Below, in pieces: positions 30,194-39,433 of a stretch of DNA of 64,000 nucleotides (within the stretch, counting starts at the first letter, position 1; each line of letters starts with the position of its first letter). Origin of the DNA: an uncultured Eubacteriales bacterium (GTDB lineage Bacteria > Bacillota > Clostridia > Oscillospirales > Acutalibacteraceae); NCBI GenBank assembly GCA_900317025.1, contig ONFG01000004.1, positions 20,454 through 84,453 of the forward strand, given 5' to 3'. The position numbers and the translations under genes are program-made. The notes beneath the pieces were generated by a model. The model saw nothing but the letters and a program-made list of their open reading frames with translations, had not been told where the DNA came from and did no database searches.

Positions 30194-30682
30194 AATAACC
30201 CCCTGTACATTACATATGAAACGGAGACAAGCGCTTTTGCGCCCGAGTCCGCCGGAAGGCGGTTTGGATTTCCGAGCGTGACTTTGATACTGATATCATG
30301 TCTTTCTGAGATCCGTATAAATAGCCTTTACTGCCGGACACACCTATCCATAATGAAATTCAACAATTAGAATTATTATAGCATAACGCGGAGCTTATTT
30401 CAACAATAACTTGGAATTAAAATGTGGAAAAGTGTCAAAAAAATGTCAAAATAATCAAAATCAGAAAAAAATAGATAAATTTGAATTGAAGGTAACATTT
30501 TTGTTCATTTTCACGAAATTGAGTATTTCCGTTTATTTATATTGACTTTTTTCTGATTTTTGTTTAAATTAATTCTATAATACCTTTTGCTATGCCTTGA
30601 AGCAAGGGGGCAAAAAATCGCTTGATCTGCGGATTTTTGGAGGTCTTGGGAAAAAACTTGAAGCAAAACAGCGTTTTTTCTA
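30194..30682. other. oriC segment / dnaA control region with DnaA-box-like site and AT-rich tract
   Basis: TGTGGAAAA at 30423-30431 has 1 mismatch to the DnaA box, and CTATCCATA at 30343-30351 has 2 mismatches. A strongly AT-rich run at 30430-30590 carries reiterated TGTCAAAA/ATCAAAA. The region lies between the divergent dnaA and rpmH genes. Confidence 0.6.
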
Positions 30683-30712
30683 TTGACATAACGCCTGTAT
30701 TTAAGGTATAAT
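30683..30712 (+). promoter_or_regulatory. Sigma-A type promoter of rpmH (TTGACA-18-TATAAT)
   Basis: TTGACA at 30683-30688 and TATAAT at 30707-30712. Confidence 0.65.
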
Positions 30713-30752
30713 GTTAAATTGCAAGGTTGTATACCCGAAAGGAGGGGTTAGT

Positions 30753-30887
30753 ATGCTGAGAACATATCAGCCGAAGAAGCTTCACAGAAAAAAGGAGCAT
30801 GGTTTCAGAAAGAGAATGGCTGACCGCAACGGTCGTAAGGTGTTGGCTCGCCGCAGAGCTAAGGGCAGAAAGAGACTTACATACTGA
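30753..30887 (+). CDS. rpmH: 50S ribosomal protein L34
   Basis: Missing from the ORF track because it is under 60 aa. My translation is [44 protein letters not shown], 44 aa, with SD AAAGGAGGGG upstream. Confidence 0.95.
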   Translation: MLRTYQPKKLHRKKEHGFRKRMADRNGRKVLARRRAKGRKRLTY

Positions 30888-30994
30888 TGCTCTTGAATTC
30901 ACCTGACAGTTACGCAGGGTATATCTTCGCATGAGGATATACCTGTTTGGACTGTCTTTTAAGCGCCGGGTGTTCCGGTGACAGTGGGGTTATT

Positions 30995-31351
30995 ATGGCT
31001 GTTCTGGATACAATTAAAGAAAACAATACGTTCAGACGGCTGTACAGAAGCAAAAAGTGCTACGTATACCCGCAGATAGTAGTATACGCGGCGAAGAATC
31101 GTCTGGGAGAGTTTCGCTACGGCATAACGACTAGTAAAAAGATCGGCAACGCCGTTTCGAGAAGCAGATGCAGGCGAGTCATAAGAGCGGCTCTTTTTGA
31201 GTACGCGGACGAGCTGTCTCAGTGCAAAAAGGGTTACGATGTGGTGATAGTTGCGAGAAAGAAAACGGCTTTTCTGAAGTCGACGCAGCTTGTGGAGCCT
31301 ATCGGCGACAGTCTGAGACAGGCGGGGATAATCGACAAAAAGAATGTATGA
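30995..31351 (+). CDS. rnpA: Ribonuclease P protein component
   Basis: ORF 30947..31351 trimmed to ATG 30995 (MAVLDTIKENNTFRRLYRSKK...). It has the RNR-type motif KKIGNAVSRSRCRRVIR and sits directly after rpmH. Confidence 0.9.
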   Translation: MAVLDTIKENNTFRRLYRSKKCYVYPQIVVYAAKNRLGEFRYGITTSKKIGNAVSRSRCRRVIRAALFEYADELSQCKKGYDVVIVARKKTAFLKSTQLVEPIGDSLRQAGIIDKKNV

Positions 31352-31361
31352 GTGATGAGAT

Positions 31362-31643
31362 ATGAAGAAGCTCGTAATATGGCTCATCAGGTTTTATCAG
31401 AAATACATATCGGCGAACACGGCGCCCTGCTGCCGCTTTTCACCGACCTGCTCTCATTACGGCATTGAAGCTGTAGAGCGCTTCGGGGTGATAAAGGGCG
31501 GAGCGATGACGCTTTGGCGCATTTTAAGGTGTAATCCGTGGAATCCGGGAGGTTACGATCCCGTCCCCGAAAAAAAATCAAATGATCTAAGAAAATACAA
31601 GTTTATTGAATATAAAGCAGTAAAGAACAAGAGAAGAAATTAA
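31362..31643 (+). CDS. yidD: Membrane protein insertion efficiency factor YidD
   Basis: FYQKYIS...[19 protein letters not shown]...[15 protein letters not shown] is the YidD signature. Confidence 0.92.
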   Translation: MKKLVIWLIRFYQKYISANTAPCCRFSPTCSHYGIEAVERFGVIKGGAMTLWRILRCNPWNPGGYDPVPEKKSNDLRKYKFIEYKAVKNKRRN

Positions 31644-31738
31644 AAGACCTGCGCCAGATCGATATTTTTGTGTTTGAACTAAATTATTAATGCGGTATAT
31701 TATTTTGTGTTTAATGGTGCGGTCGAAAGGGCAAGTAG

Positions 31739-32770
31739 ATGAACGCTTTATTTGAATCTTTAGGCTATGTCTTCGGATATTTGCTTTGGTTTGCTTACGG
31801 TCTCGTTAAGAACTTCGCTATAGCGATCCTTATCTTTACGGTGATCCTGAGGGCGCTGCAGTTCCCCCTTCAGATCAAAAGTCAGAAGTCAATGGCAGGA
31901 ACGATGCGTCTCCAGAAAAAGCAGCAGGAGATACAGGAGAAATACGGAAAGGACCGAGATAAGGTTAACGAGGAGCTTTCAAAGCTCTATGAAAAGGAGA
32001 ACATAAGCCCGACCAGCGGCTGCATGACCTCCTTTATACCGATGTTTCTTCTTTTCGGAGTATATTACGCCATCAGAAATCCGCTTACAAACACGCTCCA
32101 TATCGCAAAGGACAGCGTAGAAGCAGCGCTCGGCTTTGCAAAGGGGCTTCCCGTAGTCGGCAGCAGCATCGAAGGCTACTACGGGCAGATCAGCTTTATG
32201 AGCCTTTACCCGGACGTTAAGAACAACGCCGAGTTTCTCGCTCATACTGGTTTTTCCGACGCCGACATTTCCAAGCTCGATCAGTTTGCGGAAGGCTTTA
32301 AGATGTTCGGGCTGAATCTGCTCGATATGCCTAACTCTCACGGCTTGTGGTCGGTGTTCATCCTGTTCCCGATCCTCTGCTTTGCGACGAGCTTCGCTAC
32401 AACGTTCGTTTCCATGAAGATGAACGGTCAGAGCCTTAGCCTTAAAGGGCAGCAGGGCTGCATGAACTCGATGTTCCTGCTCATGCCGCTTATGTCGGCG
32501 TGGATCTCTTATACGGTACCGTCTGCTATCGGCCTTTACTGGATCTATTCGAGCATTATCGGATTTATAACAACGATCATAATCCATAAATTTTATAATG
32601 CGCAGGCGCTCACCGCTCAGGACGAAGCAAGGCGCATCGCATATCTTGAAGAGACTGAGCTTACCGTCAAGAAGGCGGCAAGAGTTTACAGCGCTCCCGC
32701 TCAGCCTACGCTTTCAAAGAAGCCGCAGGGCTCGGGTAAGTCCGGCGGAAAGAAAAAGAAGAAAAAATAA
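31739..32770 (+). CDS. yidC: YidC/Oxa1-family membrane insertase (SpoIIIJ-type)
   Basis: 343 aa, multi-pass, with a conserved polar/TM pattern, a basic C-terminal tail (GKSGGKKKKKK) and the rnpA-yidD-yidC-jag synteny. Confidence 0.9.
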   Translation: MNALFESLGYVFGYLLWFAYGLVKNFAIAILIFTVILRALQFPLQIKSQKSMAGTMRLQKKQQEIQEKYGKDRDKVNEELSKLYEKENISPTSGCMTSFIPMFLLFGVYYAIRNPLTNTLHIAKDSVEAALGFAKGLPVVGSSIEGYYGQISFMSLYPDVKNNAEFLAHTGFSDADISKLDQFAEGFKMFGLNLLDMPNSHGLWSVFILFPILCFATSFATTFVSMKMNGQSLSLKGQQGCMNSMFLLMPLMSAWISYTVPSAIGLYWIYSSIIGFITTIIIHKFYNAQALTAQDEARRIAYLEETELTVKKAARVYSAPAQPTLSKKPQGSGKSGGKKKKKK

Positions 32771-32812
32771 TTGCCGCTTCTCTGCGGTATTTGAAGAATT
32801 GAGGTGTCAAAT

Positions 32813-33712
32813 GTGATAAAAGAAGCTTTTGGCAAGGGTGACACAATAGAAGAGGCTTTGGAGCTTGCTTGCAGTGAGCTTGGCGTAGAGCCGGAAAAAG
32901 CGGAGTACGAGGTCGTTAAGGAGCCTAAGGAGAAGAAGTTCGGCATCTTCGGCGGCAGCCCGGCAGAGGTTCGTGCTTACATTACGGTAACGCCTGCATC
33001 GGCAGCCGATGAATATGTAAAGAATATCCTAAAGTGCATGGGTCTCGACAACATCGAGACTGAGGTCAAGGAAGGCGAAAACACGGCCGAAATCAACCTT
33101 ATGGGCGACGACGTTGGCTTTGTTATAGGCAGACGCGGCGAGACGCTCGACGCACTTCAGTACCTCGCAGGTCTCGTTGCAAACCATGTTGACAATCAGT
33201 ATTACAGGATCACTATCAACACTGGCAACTACAGAGAAAAGAGAGAGGAAACGCTCGAAAGGCTCGGAAAGAAGCTCGCTCTCAAGGCTATCAAGACCGG
33301 CAAGAACGTAAACCTTGAGCCTATGAACCCGTATGAGAGAAGAATAATTCACACGGCGGTTCAGCAGGTAAACGGCGCGATCTCGTTCTCTGAGGGGGAG
33401 GATCTCGAGCGCCACGTCGTTGTAGCGCCCGACCCGAAGAACCCTGTAAAGCCGAGAAGGAACTTCCGCGACAAGCGTCAGGGAGGACGCGGCGGCAGAG
33501 GCGGCAGGAGAAACGGTCAGATCGGCGGCTACAGAAAGACGACTCCCTACAAGGAGAGCTTCGAGCGCAAGCCTTATCAGAACCGTTACAACAAGCCCGT
33601 TGACGACGAGATGATAACTACTCCTTCTTCAACTTTGAGCCAGAGAAGCCCCATCGAAAAGGCAGGTCTTCCTCTTTTCTCGAAGATCGAGAAGAAGCCT
33701 CTCGACGAATAA
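32813..33712 (+). CDS. jag: Jag (SpoIIIJ-associated) KH/R3H RNA-binding protein
   Basis: ORF 32804..33712. GTG 32813 is preferred (MIKEAFGKGDTIEEALE..., SD GAGGTG 6 nt upstream). It has Jag_N, KH (GRRGETLDALQYL) and R3H (ERRIIHTAV) motifs and an RG-rich tail. Confidence 0.9.
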   Translation: MIKEAFGKGDTIEEALELACSELGVEPEKAEYEVVKEPKEKKFGIFGGSPAEVRAYITVTPASAADEYVKNILKCMGLDNIETEVKEGENTAEINLMGDDVGFVIGRRGETLDALQYLAGLVANHVDNQYYRITINTGNYREKREETLERLGKKLALKAIKTGKNVNLEPMNPYERRIIHTAVQQVNGAISFSEGEDLERHVVVAPDPKNPVKPRRNFRDKRQGGRGGRGGRRNGQIGGYRKTTPYKESFERKPYQNRYNKPVDDEMITTPSSTLSQRSPIEKAGLPLFSKIEKKPLDE

Positions 33713-33746
33713 TAACAGAATAAACTCCCTCGTTGTCGGGAGAATG

Positions 33747-33781
33747 AAAACAGCGAAGGTATTTTACCTTCGCTGTTTTTT
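33747..33781 (+). terminator. Rho-independent terminator after jag
   Basis: AAAACAGCGAAGGTA / TACCTTCGCTGTTTT stem plus a T-run. Confidence 0.9.
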
Positions 33782-34156
33782 ATGAGAAGTGATATGACAG
33801 CAATGAATAAAAAAGAGATAACACCTTTAAAGTTTTATGGTATTCATATGAGAATATACCTCATCATATATGCTGTTCTGTTAGGCGTCTCAATCATGAT
33901 TTGCGGGTTCGGAGAAAGTGACCTTGGCGCAGTATCTGCTTTATTTCTGTTTGTCTTTTTGATATTATTTGCTGTTTGCGGCGTCGCTGCTGCTGTTTTA
34001 TCTGCAATATGCACGTTTGTTATTTCTAAACTATTTAAAGAAAAAAAGAATATGATACCAACCGTAATTTTTACTCTGCTTTCTGCAGCGTATTTTATTT
34101 CATTGGGAATAAGCATACAGTCTATGCTTGATCTTAACTTTTCAATACCTGGATAA
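33782..34156 (+). CDS. Small membrane protein (3-4 TM), function unknown
   Basis: 124-aa ORF that is very hydrophobic and AT-richer than its neighbours. The start is uncertain (ATG 33782, 33794 or 33803) and no candidate has a strong SD. Confidence 0.5.
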   Translation: MRSDMTAMNKKEITPLKFYGIHMRIYLIIYAVLLGVSIMICGFGESDLGAVSALFLFVFLILFAVCGVAAAVLSAICTFVISKLFKEKKNMIPTVIFTLLSAAYFISLGISIQSMLDLNFSIPG

Positions 34157-34176
34157 TAGATTATTGGTGAACGTAA

Positions 34177-35553
34177 ATGAATTGTTTTGATAATAAAATC
34201 ATCGCCGCAATATCTACTCCTGTCGGCGTAGGCGGCATAAGTGTAATAAGAATTTCAGGAAATGGCGCCGTTGAAGTCGCTGATTCCGTTTTTAATTCGG
34301 TGAGAGGAAAGAAACTTGCCGAGCTTAAGGGCTACACGGCGCTTTTCGGTAAGGTGTACGACGGAGAAGAGCCTATAGACGAGGCTGTAGTAACCGTTTT
34401 TAAAGCGCCTCACAGCTATACCGGCGAGGACGTCGTGGAGATATCTTGCCATGGCGGAATGTACGTAACGAACCGTGTTCTGAGAACGGTCTTAAAAAAC
34501 GGCGCAGTTCTCGCGCAGCCGGGCGAGTTTACGGAGCGCGCTTTTTTTAACGGCAAGATAGACCTTACCGAATCGGAAGCCGTTATGGATATAATTTCCG
34601 CAAAGGGTAGGGCTGCGGCACGTTCTGCTCTGGGCATAAAAGAGGGAAGGCTTAGAGCTGAGATAGACGAGGTGAAGTCGCTGCTTATCGAAAACGCCGC
34701 TCACCTTGCCGCATGGGCAGACTATCCCGAGGAGGATATACCCGAGGTGACTGACGACGCACTTCTCCACAATCTTACAGAAGCTTGTGGAAAACTTGAA
34801 GTGCTTTTAAGAAGCTACGACAGCGGGCGAGTCGTTAAGCAGGGAATAGATACGCTTATCATTGGCAAGCCGAACGTCGGAAAATCCACTTTGATGAACT
34901 TTCTGACGGGCGTTGAAAAAAGCATTGTAACCGATATCCCCGGAACAACGAGGGATATTATTGAGGAGACGGTAGTTATAGGCAACGCCGTGCTGATTTT
35001 GTCAGATACGGCGGGACTTCGTGATTCGGAAGACCCGATAGAAAAGATAGGCGTAGAGCTTGTTAAAAAAAGGTTAATGTCGTGTGGGCTTGCGCTCGTA
35101 GTCTTCGACGCTTCACGCTCGCTTGATGAAAACGATTTCCGTATGCTTGAGCTTCTCGGCGATGTTCCGAGCGTTGCTGTTATCAATAAAAATGACCTCG
35201 AATGCGTCGTTGACGCAGAGTTTATAAAATCAAAGGCCGACAAAACTGTATTCGTTTCGGCGGCAAAGGGTAAGGGGTTAGATGAGCTGACTGCCGCTGT
35301 TGAAGAGATAACGGGCGCTGCCGCTTTCGACGAAAACGCCGCTGTGCTTTCAAACGAAAGGCAGTATCAGTGTGTTGTAAAGGCGGTCGAGCCGCTGAAA
35401 GAGGCTCAGAGTGCTCTTGAAGCGGGCATTACGCTTGACGCGGTTACGGTGCTCATTGAAGAGGCTATTCAGAGTCTGCTTGAGCTTACGGGCGAGAGGG
35501 CGAGCGAGGAGATAGTTCATAATGTCTTCTCTAGGTTCTGCGTGGGAAAGTAA
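34177..35553 (+). CDS. mnmE: tRNA modification GTPase MnmE
   Basis: 458 aa with G1 GKPNVGKSTLMN, G3 DTAG and the C-terminal FCVGK motif. Confidence 0.95.
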   Translation: MNCFDNKIIAAISTPVGVGGISVIRISGNGAVEVADSVFNSVRGKKLAELKGYTALFGKVYDGEEPIDEAVVTVFKAPHSYTGEDVVEISCHGGMYVTNRVLRTVLKNGAVLAQPGEFTERAFFNGKIDLTESEAVMDIISAKGRAAARSALGIKEGRLRAEIDEVKSLLIENAAHLAAWADYPEEDIPEVTDDALLHNLTEACGKLEVLLRSYDSGRVVKQGIDTLIIGKPNVGKSTLMNFLTGVEKSIVTDIPGTTRDIIEETVVIGNAVLILSDTAGLRDSEDPIEKIGVELVKKRLMSCGLALVVFDASRSLDENDFRMLELLGDVPSVAVINKNDLECVVDAEFIKSKADKTVFVSAAKGKGLDELTAAVEEITGAAAFDENAAVLSNERQYQCVVKAVEPLKEAQSALEAGITLDAVTVLIEEAIQSLLELTGERASEEIVHNVFSRFCVGK

Positions 35554-35684
35554 TTCCGCTGCTCTCATGATATATTGGGGTTTCTCACCCCAAACCCTTG
35601 GCAGCTTTTTTTATAAAAGCTGCGCAAAAAACTTTATGATATTACATTTTGGAGAGTTTACCATCAAAAATAGGAGTGATTCAT

Positions 35685-37568
35685 TTGAGTTATTTTGCCG
35701 GAAGCTATGATATCGCTGTTATCGGCGCCGGGCATGCCGGGATAGAGGCGGCGCTTGCGGGCGCAAGGCTCGGCTGCAAAACTGTCGTGTTTACGATCAA
35801 TATGGATGCCGTTGGCAACTGCCCGTGCAACCCGTCTATCGGCGGCACAGCAAAGGGGCATCTCGTTCGTGAGATCGACGCTCTCGGCGGCGAGATGGGC
35901 AAGACTGCCGACGAGTGCCTCCTTCAGATGCGTATGCTCAATAGAGGAAAGGGTCCGGCTGTTCACTCGCTGCGCGCACAGATTGACAGGCGCAAGTACA
36001 GCGAGGTCATGAAGCATAAGCTTGAAACACAGGAAAATCTTGAACTTCATCAGGCTGAGATTGTCTGTGTCAAAGAATGCGGCGGCGTCTGGAAGCTTGA
36101 AACAAGGATGGGCGCAGAGTACGAGTTTAAGGCTGTCATCATTGCGACCGGAACTTATCTCGGCGGACGTATATTTATCGGTGAGGTGTCTTACGAAAGC
36201 GGACCGGACGGTATTTTCCCGGCAACGTTTCTCGGTCAGTCGCTCAAAGACCTCGGTATTTCTCTGAGGCGCTTTAAAACGGGAACGCCCGCGCGTGTGC
36301 TGCGTTCGAGTATTGATTTTTCAGACCTTGAAGTGCAGGCGGGCGATGAGCCTGTTGTACCGTTCTCATACGAAACAGAGGAGCAGCTTGAAAATAAGGT
36401 CGTTTGCCACGTAAGCTGGACAAACGAAAAAACAAAGCAGATAATACTCGATAACATTAATAGGTCGCCTCTTTACAGCGGTATGATACACGGCGTAGGG
36501 CCTCGCTACTGCCCGAGCATTGAAGACAAGATAGTCCGTTTTGCCGACAAGGAGCGTCATCAGCTTTTTATCGAGCCGTGCGGAGAAAATACGGAGGAGA
36601 TGTATCTTCAGGGAATGTCTTCCTCGCTGCCGGAGGAGGTTCAGCTTCAGTTTTACCACTCGATAAAGGGGTTGGAAAATGTCGTGATGATGCGCTGCGC
36701 CTATGCGATAGAGTACGACTGTGCCGACCCTCTCCAGATGAGTAATACGCTTGAATTTATCGAGCACCCCGGTTTGTACGGCGCGGGGCAGTTCAACGGT
36801 TCTTCGGGTTACGAAGAGGCTGCGGCACAGGGGCTTGTTGCCGGCGTGAATGCCGCGCTGAAGATCAAGGGCGAAGAGCCGATGATACTCGACCGTGCCG
36901 GCTCGTATATCGGAACGCTTGTAGACGATCTTGTAACTAAGGGCGCAAACGACCCCTACAGAATGATGACGTCCCGCAGCGAATACAGACTTATACTCCG
37001 TCAGGACAACGCCGACGAGAGATTAACTCCCATCGGAAGAAAAGTGGGCTTGATAAGCGACGAGAGATACGAAAAATTTCTCAAAAAGCAGGAGCTGAAA
37101 GCTCGGGAATTAAAGAGAATAAGAAGCACTGTTATCGCTCCGGGTGAGAGGGTGAACGAGATTCTTGTTTCACGTGAAACATCTCCGCTAAACACAGGGG
37201 CAAAGCTGATTGACCTTATTAAGCGGCCGCAGCTTTCGTATGAAGCGCTGGAGGAGATCGACATTACGCGTCCTCAGCTCGACGCCAATATTTTTGAGCA
37301 GATCGAGGTAGAGGTCAAGTACGAAGGATACATAAAAAAGCAGCTTGCGCAGGTCGAGCAGATGAGGCGTCTTGAAAGAAAAAGCCTTCCTGCCGATTTC
37401 AATTACAGCAGTATCCAAGGACTGAGACTCGAGGCGAGGGAGAAACTGAACAAGGTCCATCCGACGAACCTCGGACAGGCTAGCCGTATTTCGGGCGTTA
37501 GTCCTGCTGATATCAGCGTACTTGTGATATGGCTTTCAAAGGGTGGAGAAAATGCAAAAACTGATTGA
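35685..37568 (+). CDS. mnmG: tRNA uridine 5-carboxymethylaminomethyl modification enzyme MnmG
   Basis: ORF 35649..37568. TTG 35685 is preferred (SD AGGAG 8 nt upstream), giving MSYFAGSYDIAVIGAGHAGIEAA (FAD dinucleotide fold). Confidence 0.95.
   Translation: MSYFAGSYDIAVIGAGHAGIEAALAGARLGCKTVVFTINMDAVGNCPCNPSIGGTAKGHLVREIDALGGEMGKTADECLLQMRMLNRGKGPAVHSLRAQIDRRKYSEVMKHKLETQENLELHQAEIVCVKECGGVWKLETRMGAEYEFKAVIIATGTYLGGRIFIGEVSYESGPDGIFPATFLGQSLKDLGISLRRFKTGTPARVLRSSIDFSDLEVQAGDEPVVPFSYETEEQLENKVVCHVSWTNEKTKQIILDNINRSPLYSGMIHGVGPRYCPSIEDKIVRFADKERHQLFIEPCGENTEEMYLQGMSSSLPEEVQLQFYHSIKGLENVVMMRCAYAIEYDCADPLQMSNTLEFIEHPGLYGAGQFNGSSGYEEAAAQGLVAGVNAALKIKGEEPMILDRAGSYIGTLVDDLVTKGANDPYRMMTSRSEYRLILRQDNADERLTPIGRKVGLISDERYEKFLKKQELKARELKRIRSTVIAPGERVNEILVSRETSPLNTGAKLIDLIKRPQLSYEALEEIDITRPQLDANIFEQIEVEVKYEGYIKKQLAQVEQMRRLERKSLPADFNYSSIQGLRLEAREKLNKVHPTNLGQASRISGVSPADISVLVIWLSKGGENAKTD
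37166..37181. promoter_or_regulatory. parS centromere-like site (perfect TGTTTCACGTGAAACA) inside mnmG
   Basis: Exact 16-bp palindrome matching the Firmicute parS consensus. Confidence 0.9.
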
Positions 37569-38256
37569 TTACAGCCGTGAGCTTGGCTTGGAGCTTGACA
37601 AAACGACGCTTGAGCGTTTTGATGCGTATATGAAGCTCGTTATTGAGTGGAACGAAAAAATAAACCTCACATCTATAACCGAGCATGACGAATTCATTGT
37701 AAAGCACTTCTGCGACAGCATTTCGCTGCTTGGAAATGTTGAATTAAAAAAAGGTGCAAAAGTGATAGACATAGGCACGGGTGCGGGCTTCCCTGCGATA
37801 CCTTTGAAAATAGTCCGCCCCGATCTGGATATCACGATGCTTGACAGTCTGAATAAGCGCCTTGTTTTTATCAGTGACGAGGTATTACCTGCACTCGGGC
37901 TTGAAGCCGATGTTATCCACGCAAGAGCGGAGGAGCTTTCAAAAGATAAAAAATACAGAGAGAGCTTTGATGCTGCCGTAAGCAGAGCAGTTGCGAATCT
38001 CTCGGCGCTCAGCGAATACTGCCTGCCGTTTGTAAAGGTAGGTGGAACGTTTGCCGCTATGAAAGGTCCTGACTGCGACAATGAGGTAAACGTAGCCGCA
38101 AACGCGATCGAGCTTCTCGGCGGAGAGTGCATCGACATAAAGCGCTTTGATCTCCCCGACGGAAGCACACGCTGCATAGCGGTTATAGAAAAAACAAAGC
38201 CCACCCCGGCGAAGTACCCGAGGCGGGGCGTAAAGATAAGTAAGTCGCCTTTATAA
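37552..38256 (+). CDS. rsmG: 16S rRNA (guanine527-N7)-methyltransferase RsmG
   Basis: ORF 37543..38256 (the start may be GTG 37543 or ATG 37552). It has the SAM motif DIGTGAGFPAIPLKI and the mnmG-rsmG synteny. Confidence 0.93.
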   Translation: MQKLIDYSRELGLELDKTTLERFDAYMKLVIEWNEKINLTSITEHDEFIVKHFCDSISLLGNVELKKGAKVIDIGTGAGFPAIPLKIVRPDLDITMLDSLNKRLVFISDEVLPALGLEADVIHARAEELSKDKKYRESFDAAVSRAVANLSALSEYCLPFVKVGGTFAAMKGPDCDNEVNVAANAIELLGGECIDIKRFDLPDGSTRCIAVIEKTKPTPAKYPRRGVKISKSPL

Positions 38257-38263
38257 ATAATTG

Positions 38264-38294
38264 ATCCCCGCTCGATCGTGAGCGGGGATTTTTG
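38264..38294. terminator. Bidirectional terminator between rsmG and the convergent membrane-protein gene
   Basis: ATCCCCGCTC / GAGCGGGGAT stem followed by TTTTT. Confidence 0.85.
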
Positions 38295-38306
38295 ATAGAA
38301 TAAATA

Positions 38307-39245
38307 TTAATATGATCTTTTTTCTTGTCTTTTGAATATATGAATAAGTATAAGCAGCCAGATAATCACATCGACTCCTGTAACGACAATCAATATTTTT
38401 ATAGATGTATCGTCTATCTTCTCTATTGTGTGTTCGGGATTTTCGGGGTCTACATACATTTGTATCGAGTCGCCATTGTTTACCGTACTCGTTTTTGTAT
38501 CTTTGTTTCTGTAAACATTGTCGCCGTAAGTGTAGGCATATGTATATTCGTATTCGTCCCTTGTTTCCTCACCATTCTCCTCGTCGTAACCGATTATCTG
38601 AGTTGTGTGAGAGACGTGCTCTACAATGGCTGTGGTTTCGTCAAAATTCTGTATTGACTGGAAGTAAAAATACAGTCCTCCGCCAAGAGCCAAAGCTATC
38701 GATCCGAATATAAGCGTCGAGATAATAAAAGCAACGGCTTTCCCTAAGCATCCGCCGCTTTTACCGGGCTGCTGTGTCTGCTGGGTGGGGTGGGCGTTTG
38801 TGTAACCCTGAACGCTTGGGAAAGTTCCGTTTTGGTAAGCCTGATTGTAGCTGTTATACTGCACATTCTGCGGATAACCCTGACCGTACATCTGTCCGTA
38901 GCCCTGCTGACCGAGCGGTATCTCGACGTACTCGACAGGCGCCTGCGTCATGCTTTGAGCGAGATTCTGCTCGAGATTCTGAAATCCGTTTTTTAAGACG
39001 AAATATTCTGATACTATGTATCTTACAAGCTCGGCAATCAAAAGCACTATCAAGAATATTAGCATGACTGTCTTTGACCAGCCGGGAAGTTCGATGTTCA
39101 GTTCTTCCGCAAGCTTCGGAATAAATATTCCGAAAAGTATAGGCATTGCGATCACAAGCACGATTCTAAGTATCACGCCCTTGAGAATCTTGAAGACAAA
39201 GTTTTGTATTGGATTCTGATTCTGGAAGCTGTCGTTTGTTGACAT
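38307..39245 (-). CDS. Membrane protein with Q/Y/G-rich linker and DUF3592-like C-terminal domain
   Basis: ORF 38307..39407 trimmed to ATG 39245 (MSTNDSFQNQNPIQNF..., SD GGAGGA). It has two N-terminal TMs, the linker QGYGQMYGQGYPQNVQYNSYNQAYQNG...QQTQQPG, then a TM + beta-rich domain + TM arrangement. The DUF3592 call is memory-based. Confidence 0.75.
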   Translation of the reverse strand: MSTNDSFQNQNPIQNFVFKILKGVILRIVLVIAMPILFGIFIPKLAEELNIELPGWSKTVMLIFLIVLLIAELVRYIVSEYFVLKNGFQNLEQNLAQSMTQAPVEYVEIPLGQQGYGQMYGQGYPQNVQYNSYNQAYQNGTFPSVQGYTNAHPTQQTQQPGKSGGCLGKAVAFIISTLIFGSIALALGGGLYFYFQSIQNFDETTAIVEHVSHTTQIIGYDEENGEETRDEYEYTYAYTYGDNVYRNKDTKTSTVNNGDSIQMYVDPENPEHTIEKIDDTSIKILIVVTGVDVIIWLLILIHIFKRQEKRSY

Positions 39246-39433
39246 TAGCTGTTCCTCCTGCTTTCTTGTGACTTCAATCTCTGAATGGTGATTCGATATT
39301 ATAATTATAGATAGTTTATTAGTAGGTGTCAATAAACTAATTTTAAAAAAATTTTTTCTCGTTCTATATTTCGACAAGTTAAGACTTATCTGCTGTGATA
39401 TAATCATATCACCGACGAAACACAGGTGAGATT

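Noticed and set aside
37569-38204. 211-aa minus-strand ORF
   Set aside because: It is antisense to rsmG, which has a clear SAM-binding motif, and is Ser-rich and shadow-like.
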